NCBI RefSeq assembly: GCF_006345805.1
Contig: NC_043007.1
Location: 21,204,001-21,268,000 of the forward strand
Length of the DNA stretch: 64,000 nt
Direction: 5' to 3'
DNA from: Octopus sinensis
Lineage: Eukaryota
In this document: positions 1 to 12,002 of the stretch, in pieces
Layout of the letters: each line of letters opens with the position of its first letter
Numbering within the stretch: the stretch's first letter is position 1
Program-made: the position numbers and the translations under genes
The notes under the pieces: generated by a model
Seen by the model: the letters and a program-made list of their open reading frames with translations, nothing else
Database searches by the model: none
What the model was told of the DNA's origin: nothing

Positions 1-126
1 TAGTCTCATTGACCCCACCCCCAGTAGTTGAGACCCTTGCCTTAAAATCAGCACTTTTCAGTACCCCTTTGCACACACACACACGTATGTATGTATGCAT
101 GTTTTTAGTAAATGCTAACTTCTTAC

Positions 127-217
127 CTGCTGAAATGACTTCATCCATGTGGCAGTTGGGTAAATGGACACTGGATAAAGATATATTCTCTTCAGCGTAT
201 GCTAGGTACTGCAATAC
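127..217 (-). CDS. CABIN1: CABIN1 exon 21 [30 protein letters not shown]
   Basis: 91 nt, 0-1. Confidence 0.9.
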
Positions 218-3200
218 CTAAGTAAAAAGAAAACAAAAGGCATCATGAGAACATCTCACGAACAAACTGATAATAGAAACAAAAGGTTTTTAGAGTTTAC
301 TGAAGCATTTAAATTTCTAGTGAATTTACAGTTTCCTTTCATTGACTGTGTGAAGGCGCCTGGCTCAGTGGTTAGAGCGTCGAGCTCACAATCACGAGGT
401 AGTGAGTTCAATTCTCGGACTCGGTCGGGTTGTGTCCTTGAACAAAACACTATTTCCCGTTGCTCCAGTTCACTCAGCTGTTGAAACGAGATGCAATGTC
501 ATTGGTGCAAAGCTGTATCAGCCCCTTTGCCTTTCCCTTGGATAACATCGGTGCCATGGAGAAGAGAGGCTGGTATGAATGCGTGACTGCTAGTCTTCTA
601 TAAACAACTTTGCTCGGACTTGTGCCTCAGAGAGGAACTTTCTAGGTGCAAACCTATGGTCATTCATGACCAATGGGGGTCCTTTTTACTTTCTGACTGT
701 ACAATTTACAAAGACGAACTGTCAATTAACAAGCGACATGGCTGTGTGGTTAAGTAGCTCACTATACAACCACACAGTTTTGGGTTCAGTCCCACCGAGT
801 GGCACCTGGGGAAAGTGTCTTTTACTCTAGCCCTGGGCTGACCAATGTCTTGTTAGCAAATTTAGTGGACAAAACTATGTAGAATCCATTGCATATGTGA
901 GTGACATTGTGTTTGTTCCCTGCTACTGCTTGATAACTGGTGTTGGTTTGTTAACATCCCCATAACTTAGTGGTTTAGCAAAGAATAATTGACTAACAGA
1001 ATAATAACTAGACGTATAAAAGAAGTCCTGGGATCAATTTCTTTGACTAAACCCTTCAAGGCAGTGCTTCAGCATGGCCGTAGATCAACGACAGAAACAT
1101 ATGTATGGTAAAAAGCATAACTGATTAATGACTGGCTTCTGTAACATTTAACCTTTTGGTGTTTAAGCCGGCCATATCCGGCCCAAATATCCTACGTTTT
1201 ACATTCAAACTGGCCATATCTAGCCCCTCACACCTAACCTACATTGACATTCTAAGAATAAACTATCACACCACTGAAACTTCAAAGCTTTAAGATAATG
1301 TGTGATTAATTCAAAACAATTTGAGTGAAAAAAAGTATTACATTTAACAGAGTAATCTGAACACTAAACGGTTAAAACAGAAGCATTGGCGTTATATCTT
1401 CCTATGGTCATGGAGATAACACTTTTGAAAAATACAAATAATTTCAAATGTGAAGATCAAAAGATAACTCACCTTATCAAAATAGTCAAATGCTTCATCT
1501 ATTTCTCCCAGGAGGGTACAGAACCTTGCTTTCAGCCAAAATGCTGGTTGAAGAAAAGATATTGGAATATAAATGTTTTTGATACAACATAAATGAATAA
1601 CACCAATATCACAAATCTATTTATGTAAATTATGCTTTTCTGTTTCGTATTGCCATGTAGAGTGGGGTGGGGACTTGTGCCAGCACCACATGGACACACA
1701 CACACACTTGTGCAAGCATCATGTGAGGGGCACTTGTGCTGGTGCCATGAGAGGGGCATTTGTGTTGGTGCCACGAGAGGGGCACTTGTGCTGGCACCAT
1801 GTGAGGGGCACTTGTGATGGCGCCACGAGAGGGGCACTTGTGCTGGCGCCATGAGAGGGGCACTTGTGCTGGTGCCACGAAAGGGGAACTTGTGCTGGCG
1901 CCATGTACAAAGCACTCATGCTGGTTCTATGCAAGAAATAATCCTGCCAGTGTCAAGTAAAAAGCACTTGTCTAGGCACAACATAAAAGCACCTGTATTG
2001 GTGCCATGTAAAAAGTACATAGTACACTCTGCAAAGTGGTTGGCTGTGGGAAGGGCATCCAGCTGTAGAAATCATGCCAAAGCAGACACTGGAGCATGAT
2101 GTAGTCCTTGGACCCATCAGATCCTGTCAAACCATCCAACCTATGCGGCGAGCTGGCAGAAACGTTAGCATGCTGGGCAAAATGCGTATCCGTATTTCGT
2201 CTGCCATTATGTTCCAAGTTCAAATTCCGCCAAGGTCGACTTTGCCTTTTATCCTTTCGAGGTCGATAAATTAAGTACCAGTTACACACTGGGGTCGATG
2301 TAATCGACTTAATCCCTTTGTCTGTCCTTGTTTGTCTCCTCTGTGTTTAGCCTCTTGTGGGTAGTAAAGAAATAGGTATTTTGTCTGCCGCTACGTTCTG
2401 AGTTCAAATTCCACCGAAGTCGACTTTGCCTTTCATCCTTTCGGGGTCGATAAATTAAGTACCAGTTACACACTGGGGTCGATGTAATCGAATCAATCCC
2501 TTTGTCTGTCTTTGTTTGTCCCCTCTTTGTTTAGCCCCTTGTGGGTGGAAAAAAACAAAAAAACCATCCAACCTATGCTAGAATGGAACATAAACATTAA
2601 ACGATGCTGTTGCTACTACTGATGATGGCTAAAGAGATGGTAGGATGGTATGTTTTGGAGGAACTCACAACTGGTTCAATACTAGCCATTAACCTTCGGT
2701 CACCACTCTTCTTTAAAAAAAAAAGGGAAAAAGAAAAGTAAAATAACAACAGTAAACAATCCAAATGAAAATCCAAGCAAAAGTTACTAACCTCGAATGC
2801 TGTACTCAACCCAAAATTCTTTTAATATATTGGTATAACCAATAAGTCCCAAAATATGCCAAACATCTTCAATAAAGAATTTTCCAGGAAATCCATTTTC
2901 AAGTTGGTTCAATGAAAAATGATGCTGCATATTTCTTTGAGGATAAAAAAAAAAAAATAAATTAAAAAATGACATTAGCTAATACATCTATAATGTTCAA
3001 AATGAATATACACGCAGGAGTAGCTTGCTTACCAACCACATGGTTCTAGGTTCAGTCCCACTGCGTGGCACCTTGGGCAAGTGTCTTCTACTATAGCCTC
3101 GGACCGACCAAAGCCTTGTGAGTGGATTTGGTAGACGGAAACTGAAAGAAGCCCGTCGTGTATATGTGTGTATATGTTTACGTGTCTGTTTTTGTCCCCC

Positions 3201-4061
3201 ACCAACGTCGCTTGACAACCGATGCTGGTGTGTTTACGTCCCCATAACTTAGCGGTTCAGCAAAAGAGACCCGATAAAATAAGTACTAGGCTTACAAAGA
3301 ATAAGTCCTGGGGTCGATTTGCTCAACTAAAGGCAGTGCTCCAGCATGGCCGCAGCCAAATGATTGAAACAAGTAAAGAGTAAAAGAGTATACTCAAATT
3401 TTAGCTTTATGCACCCCCCCCCCAATAACCTGTTTAAAGCTGTTGCAAATTAAAATCTGGATACAAAGGAACATGCTAAATATGGTAAAGTGAAACAAAA
3501 CATTGATTGATAACCTCATAAGTGGATTTGGTAGAGGAAACTGAAAGAAGCTTCCACCCCGTGTGTATGTGAGAGAGAACTTGTAATTCCCTCGTTTACA
3601 TGTGTGTGTGTGTTAACAGACTGTAAACAATGGCTTTGCTAAGGGTGTTGTTTACTTGCAGTCTGCCACAAAAACATGCTATGCGACCTTTGTAAACAAA
3701 AGGCTTGTTCATATAAAGAAAACTGTATGAACAGGCCTTTTGTTTCCAGTTGCCCACATACTATGGTGATTAGTGCTTCACTTGGAAACGAGTTGGGCAT
3801 GGCAACATGAAGGGTATCTGGCCATAGTAAACTCTACCCCAACATACTTGTCTGACTGATGCAAGCATGGAAAACTAGATGACGAAATAACGACAATTAC
3901 ACACACACATATATCTATATATATATACACACACACACATCTATATATATACACACACACATCTATATATATATACAAACATACACATCTATATACACAC
4001 ACATCTATATATATATATTATATATATATATACACATACACGCACACACATCTATGTATAC

Positions 4062-4094
<33 letters not shown>

Positions 4095-7000
4095 ATCTAT
4101 ATATATACACACGTCTAAAATCAAACTTCGTATCTTCGCGATGCACCCGCCCTGCCCACCCCCACCACCAATACCGGATATCTCTAATTTTGCTCCATCT
4201 ATACCGGATGTCGCTTCTCCCACCACCATTATAGGTGTCTACTCTTCGAACCCCCCTCTTCAATACGCTATTTCACCATGCATTACCCCTCTCTCGATAT
4301 CCTACGTTCTACTTGCCTAGAACCTGTCATCATTTCTCTGAACCACCCCTCCCCACTGGTGCTCCCCTATATTTCTGCACCCCCCTCCACATAAAAAGCA
4401 CCATCCGAACGTGGCCGATGCCAGACCCCTCTGGCACCTGTGCAGGTGGCACGTAAAAAACACCCACTACACTCGCGGAGTGGTTGGCGTTAGGAAGGGC
4501 ATCCAGCTGTAGAAACACTGCCAGACTAGACTGGAGCCTGGGGCAGTCCCGAGCTCTCCAGACCCCGGTCGAAACCGTCCAACCCATGCTAGCGCGGAAA
4601 ACGGACGTTAAACGATGATGATGATGATGATGATCCATCCATCCATATATATATAAATAAAATTTATTATGTGATAAGGTTTCAACAAGTAGAAAAGCAG
4701 TCGATCAGCTCAGAGAATAAAGACAATGTTTTAATGAAAACCACAAAATCCTGTTAAATACTGCAACCCAGAGTGTCCTGGTTGAAATAATTTATTTTGA
4801 CAAGGAAACCTTGGGTAGCTGTATTTAATAAGATTTGTGGTTTTTGTTATAACATTACACACACACACACACATATATATTATGATTTTTCTTAGGCATA
4901 GCAACACTATAACCAGTTAGAATTCTATATATAGTTATGCTTCTGTATATAGTAGCGTCAAGAGAGTATAGAGTGTAATATCAATTAAATGATGCAACCC
5001 ACGATCTTCTGCAATTCATTAGTTGCTCATACGTGTGTGTGTGCTTTTCAATGCCAAACGTATATGGCAATAAGTTGAGGGCACAATTATTAATCGTCAA
5101 AATGTTCAGTGAGTGTCAAGCATTTTCAAAAATAAGTTGAGATACTAACAAGCTATTTCCATTACAGATTTTAAACAGAAGAATGCAAAAAAAAAAAAAA
5201 TTATTTCTATAATACAGGTATTATAAATTTAAAAAATATAAAAATATAAAAATTTATAAATATAAATTAAAATTTTAAATAATTTAATTTTATTTATTTT
5301 GTATATTATATTAATTATATTTATTTTTATTTTTTGGTTTATGTCTTTCACTGTTTGATTTGCCAAATAGTGGTTTTATCTCTAATTTAATTTATCATCA
5401 TCATCGTCGTTTAACGTCCGTTCTCGACGATGATGATGATAAATTAAATTAGAGATAAAACCACTATTTGGCAAATCAAACAGTGAAAGACATAAACCAA
5501 AAAATAAAAATAAATATAATTAATATAATATACAAAATAAATAAAATTTAAATTATTTAAAATTTTAATTTATATTTATAAATTTTTATATTTTTATATT
5601 TTTTAACAAGCTATTTCCATTACAGATTTTAAACAGAAGAATGCAAAAAAAAAAAAAAATTATTTCTATAATACAGGTATTATAAATTTAAAAAATATAA
5701 AAATATAAAAATTTATAAATATAAATTAAAATTTTAAATAATTTAATTTTATTTATTTTGTATATTATATTAATTATATTTATTTTTATTTTTTGGTTTA
5801 TGTCTTTCACTGTTTGATTTGCCAAATAGTGGTTTTATCTCTAATTTAATTTATATTAATACAGGTATATATAATTCAGAAGTAGTTATTAATAGGTGAT
5901 GAAAATATACATACTTATTTGAAGAATTCAAAGGAGCTTTGATCTTTGCTTTTTTCGTCAGCCATTGGTCTAACTTGAGTTCAGCCCATACAAGCACCAT
6001 CTGAAAATAAAAGCAGAAGATGTGTTTATTATGTCATTTTAATTCACACTGTTCATATGTCTCTTTTACCACTGAATTAAAATGTTCTTAATTCCACCCA
6101 AGATAATCCTCTCCTTCATCTTCCATTGCATCAATTACATTAAGGTTCTCAGCTTTATGGTGACATCATCAGCATAATTTAATGTCCATGTTTCACACTG
6201 GCAAAGGTTGGATAGTTTGATAGGATCTGATGGGCCCAAGGACTGCATCGTGCTCCAATGTCTGCTTTGATATGGTTTCTACAGCCGGATGCCCTTCCAA
6301 ATGCCAACCACTTCGGAGAGTGTATTGGGTGCTTTTATGTGGCACCAGCACTAGTAAAGTTGCCCATGCAGCTTGCAAGACTACAAGCCCCAAAGAGCTG
6401 GGGCAGGCAACTTTAGGTTAGGAGAATAAAGGGTAGATAATAGGTGAAGTGTGAAAGAAAAGGGATGGAGTAGAACCAGTTTCTTGCTGTAGAGAAGCTA
6501 CATGACTAGTCAACACTTTTAGAAGAGTGAGGGGTGGTGGTGGAACTGGAAAGTGAGATAAGTAGTGATGAGGTATCATCACTGTAGGCATAAAACGGTT
6601 AACAGACAAGCATGTTTAAAAAGGGTTCACTCGACTACAAATTAACACAAAAATAGTGAAGGATTAACAACTACATTAAGAAGCTTCAAATATTTATACT
6701 GGTGTACAGGAAGGCTATGTCAAGGTTCTTGTAGGTCTATAATATTGCTTTTAATACAAGTACGAGGCCTGAAATTTCAATAGGTGGGGTTAGTTGGTTG
6801 AATCTGACCCCAGTATTTAACTGGTACTTCATGGACACTTGAGAGATGAAAGTCAAAATTGTTCTTTTCATAGCTACAACAATTATCACAATCCACTTGA
6901 TTTTGTGTCACAGATTCTCGGATCAAATCCCTTGCTAAACAAATCTACTGAAGAATATGAAATAATAAAAAAAAACAAAAAAACTTACTTTGCCCATTTC

Positions 7001-10000
7001 TAGAACATAGTCCTCGGGTTCTTCAGGGCTAAAGGAATATAAATAATCAGTTTAGAGATTACAAAATGGCTTTAAAATAAAATTCATATTTAACCAGGAA
7101 AAAATAAAAATTATATTTTAAATGTTCAGGTTATTGTAAAACATTTTGTTCATGAATTTATTTGATAAATCTATAACACTAAGAGATAGAATAATGGTTG
7201 TAAAATGGGGGCACTGGAATAATGTTTACATAAGCATTTGATGAGAACATGTTACCCTGCTGGTCATTGTCTGGCCGAAAACCAGTACCATTCCTATTTC
7301 ATGATAGACGAGTTAGCAGGAGCAGACCTAACCATGTTGACCTTTATGGTGTGCAAGTCTCATAAAGAGAAAATTATGATGTAGTAGTAGAAGTAACAGC
7401 AATCTTTTTCCCAGCCAGAGAGTAAAGTTGGTGATTGTTGTTAATGTTGAGCGCAAAGTCAGTTTAATGAAACAATTCAATTCAATTCCATTAAATTTTT
7501 ATTGGCTCAAAAAGCAAAAGCAAGGCCATGTAGGGGGACAGGGAGTTATGTACAGGGAGGGTGGTCATACAAAGAGTTCAGGCCATTTCTGGTCAAGAGA
7601 GACTTTGAACCGAGCGGTCATCGGCATCTTCACTATCTCGTCCGGCAGCTTATTCCACGGATCCGCAACCTGGACGGAGAAAGCCCCTCTCCTTCGATTG
7701 AGATGAAATCGTCATAGATAGAGCTTTGCGGAGTGACCCCGCAGCCCACAATCTGGAGCAGGAGTGAAGAACAGCTCTTTCGAGAGGTTACACTTTCCGC
7801 TTATGATCTTATGGTCGAAAGTATTCCAGTCATGGCTACTTCATTTATTTAGTTTTTAAATCTCAGGGACTAGTTTTGTCCCCTAACCTCCTTTACGTAC
7901 ATAATACAGATGGGTGTGATTTGTAGGTAATTTGGCTGCTTTTTCATGTAGGACAAGTGACTAACTACATAAAGGTCTCTTTCGCAAGGTTTTCAATAAT
8001 AACAAAACATTCAGAAATACGAACATGCCTTGCCGTTTGCAGCTTTGATGTTAAAAGACTAGTTCCAAAATGAAGAACAGAGTGACAATAATCTCACTTT
8101 AGCTTTTCCCATCTTAGACGCTAAGGAAAAAAAAAAAAAAAAAAAAAAGGGGGGGCAGGGGAAAATCAATCAAAATATATCTTACCATAAATAAGAAGGT
8201 AATTTCAAGTGTTTCCTTACAGCAGAATATACTTTTAAGAATATGTCTACTAATTCATCAGACCTGTTCATCAGAATAAAAGAATAATTTATATGAATCC
8301 AAATACATAGTTTTCAGATAATCCTTTTGAATGTTATTGGAATCTGTCAACAAGGGAATAGCAGAATGCATTTCTTTGATACCCTCTCCCTCATCAGCTT
8401 CTATTAAATATAGTTTACTGTATTTGATGGCATAAAAGATGCACTCCCTGCCCTACAAAGTTTCATGAAAAAAAAAAAAAAAAAAAAAAAAACCCACTCC
8501 AGGTTATTTATGCAAACTGGGGTTTATATTACAGATTTTAATGCACAAAAACCTTTATTCCCTGAATATGCACTGAGGTGCATATTGGGGTGTCTAATAT
8601 GCCCGTGTGTCTCTTATGCCATCAAATATGTCCAGTGGTTGTTGTTGAAGATGTTCATGATGACTGCACCTTAGTGGCTGAATGGTTGGCCCTGACCGAT
8701 AGTTGGATGTGAATCTCTAAGGGTCGTATGAACCCAGCATGTAAGGAACCAGAACAGACATTGCAAGACATCCCATTTGATGTTCTAACAATTCAGTTAC
8801 TGTCCTTGACTGATACTTTATTTACTGTCTCCTTCGAAAAAGGATGAAAGACAAAGTTGACTTGCATGGAATTTGAACTCAGAGTACAGTGCTGAAACAA
8901 ACACTATGAGACAATCTACCCAATGCTCCAACAACTTTGCCAGTTCATTCTTTAATCTATATATGCAACACTAACCCTTTCGTTACCAACCTGGTTGAAA
9001 CCAGCTCTGGCTCTGAGTACAAATCTCTTGTTTTCATAAGTTTTGAATTAAAATCTTCCACCAAACTTTAGTCACAATTTATGTTCCTAACACTAGCTGA
9101 ATGATAACTAAGTTATTTTACTAAATTCTTTGTTATATTTAAAGTAATTCAAAGAAACACAGAGCATCTCAAATGGCTGAAACCGGTTTTGGCTCTGTAG
9201 TACAAATGTCTTGTTTTCATAAGTTCTGAATTAAAATCTTCCATCAAACCTTAGTAACAATTTACGTTCCTAACACTAGCTTAATGATAACTAAGTTATT
9301 TTAGTAAATTCTTTGTTATATTTAAAATTAATTGAAAGAAACACAGAGCATCTCGACAGAAATATGGGAACAAAAGGGTTAAAAGCATTCGTGCTGGTGC
9401 CATATAAGAAGCACTAGTGATGGTGTCACATTAACCCTTTTGATACCAACCCACCTTGAAACCACTTCTGGCCCTGTAGTACAAATGTCTTGTTTTCAAA
9501 AGTTCTGAATTAAAATCTTCCACCAAACCTTAGTCACAATTTATGTTCCTAACACTAGCTGAATGATAACTAAGTTATATTTAAAGTAATTGAAAGAAAC
9601 ACAGAGCATCTCAAAATAAATATAATAACGAAAGGGTTAAATTCACTAGAATTTCTTATTGTGTTTTTATGTGAAAATAAAATTTACACATCTTTTTTAT
9701 ATTTCTTTACATTTTGTGTCTTATAAAACACTGGTTATAAACATGGGGCACCACCTTCTAGATACTCTAGAGGTATCTATTCCTTAATGTACCATCTATC
9801 CAACAATGTATATGTAAGAGTATATATTCACAAACGTATACATAAAACACTTGGCCAAATATGCTGTGCAGGATTGAACCAGGATCCATCTTAACCACAC
9901 AGCCATGCCTATCTATTGAATCAATTTCTTTCAACCTTGTCTTTGTTAAAGAATTAGTGTAAATAAATTAGCATAACAAATTAGCTAAGGAATTATCATA

Positions 10001-11967
10001 ATAAATTAATGCGAGGAAATAGAAATTCAAGGCTTAGTATACAAAGGTTTATTTGAAGTCATTGTATACAGAAAAGTATAGGGACTTGAAAATAATAATG
10101 CAAACAATTCCTTACCATTTTAAATGTCCTACATCTGCTAATTGAACTAAATATGTACCCATGAGATCAATGATTCCACCATTTTCCAAACAATCTTCCA
10201 AAAATTTCTTTACAAGCTGCTCCTCGGTCTCAAAAACCAGTGGGGTAGATGATTCACTGCTACCAGCTAGAAAAAAAAAACAAACAAATTTCTGAATATA
10301 TTTCATATTTATTTGGTACACAACTTCCTTCAATATTGCACCCACCAACCAATTCTGTGAAAGGGTCTTGCCTTGCAAGTTACTAAGGTGACTCTACTAG
10401 TGCTTGTGCCACAAAAAAAAAAAAAAAGGCCTTAGACTCTATAGAGTGGTTGGTGTTAGAAAAGGCAACCAGCTGTAGAAAATTTGCAAAAGCAGACACT
10501 GGAGACCAGCATAGCCATCAAGCTAATCGAATCCTGTTTTGAGAAAGGAAAAGACCTGGAAACCCTAGGTATACATTCGTCATCATTGAATGTCCTGCCT
10601 TCTATGTTAGCATGGGTGGGACGGTTTCATAGAAGCTGGCCAGGCAGAACCCTGCACCAGACTTCTGTGACTGTTTTGGCAGGATTTTACAGCTGGATGC
10701 CCTTCGTAACACCTACCCCTCCGCAGAGTGGACTTAGTGCTTTTTATGTGGCACAAGCACATATACTTGTGTATATATCGCACTATTTTAACTGAGAAAA
10801 AGCTGAGGGACAAATTCTATAAAAGGCAAGGCTAAATCTATGGTAGGAAAAAAATTTTGTATAAAGATTTAACACTAAATTAGGGATGCGACTCACACAC
10901 AGGTAAATATGGCATTTCAGTAATTTCAAGGTCTGTTTTTTAGTCATAAGAAATTTTAAAAATTACCAGCAGATGAAACACCTTGAGGACTACTTTGTTC
11001 TTTTGCTTTGGTATCATCTTCCTCTCGTGCTTCTCTTTAAGTGAGAAAAAAGAAAACAAAAAATCAAATAATAAAAAAACTGAAGGAAGTGATTGAAAAA
11101 ACATTTACATAAAAAAAAAGAATTTAAATATTAAGAAAGAAATTAAAATTAAAATGAAATTTACAATAAACTGGATGGCAAAAATTTCAGGAGCAAGTCT
11201 TCAAGATCTACGTTTTCCTCTTGTTTTTTTCTGGTGGTATTACGCACCTGCCAAATAATGGAAATAAAAGAGGGTTGAATTTATAAGGACAAGACAAAAA
11301 TAGCTGCGTATTCAGAAATTAGAAATATTACAAGGCAGAATGAAATACCAACACGAGCTGAACGTCTTTTACACGCCACTTCTTCGACAACAGTATTTCG
11401 TTTCCGCTTCTGAACCTTACGTGACCCAGCTTCATCAACTTCCATAGCCGTTGTAACTTCAGGAGTATCTACACAGAGAAGGAAGAACATCATTATCAGC
11501 AATCACGATAGCCATTATTCTGAAAGTTATGAAGAAACAAAGTCGACTCGTGAATTTTTGAAACCGCCCCCTACCCCTGGGAAACATTTTTTCACAACAA
11601 ATTCCGACATAATTGGAATATAAAGGAGGAATTTCAATGGTGCTTCGTGGTCTGCTACCACAACAGCTCCTTTATAGGATCCAGTTAACTCAAGACATCA
11701 TCAGGAGGAACCACGTCCGGTTCCAGCCCCTGCTCCTCTACTGTTTTGATGTGGTGCCCCCTCCCCCCGTTTCAGAGGTGTCTTCAGCTCTGGTGTTGGG
11801 TGCAGGTCTTCTTTCTTCTGTTCCCTGGCCTCTTCGACGTAGCATCAACGAGTGTCAGCAGACGACTGACTGTTTTGTCAAATTTTCCCCTTTAAATACC
11901 TGCTGTTAGGCTCCAGCAGGCAGCCGCAGCAAGTTGTCACATGACACTGTCTCAACTTTAACTGACC

Positions 11968-12002
<35 letters not shown>

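Noticed and set aside
355-430. tRNA genes at SINE heads
   Set aside because: Only A/B-box remnants continuing into SINE bodies; no complete cloverleaf.
6860-6950. Minus-strand frame [16 protein letters not shown] after a cagtag acceptor
   Set aside because: Only about 40 nt from the exon-17 donor; exon 17 joins exon 18 cleanly.
8650-8700. C/D snoRNA-like boxes (ATGATGA, CTGA)
   Set aside because: Span is only about 40 nt, it is antisense to the host gene, and there is no terminal stem.
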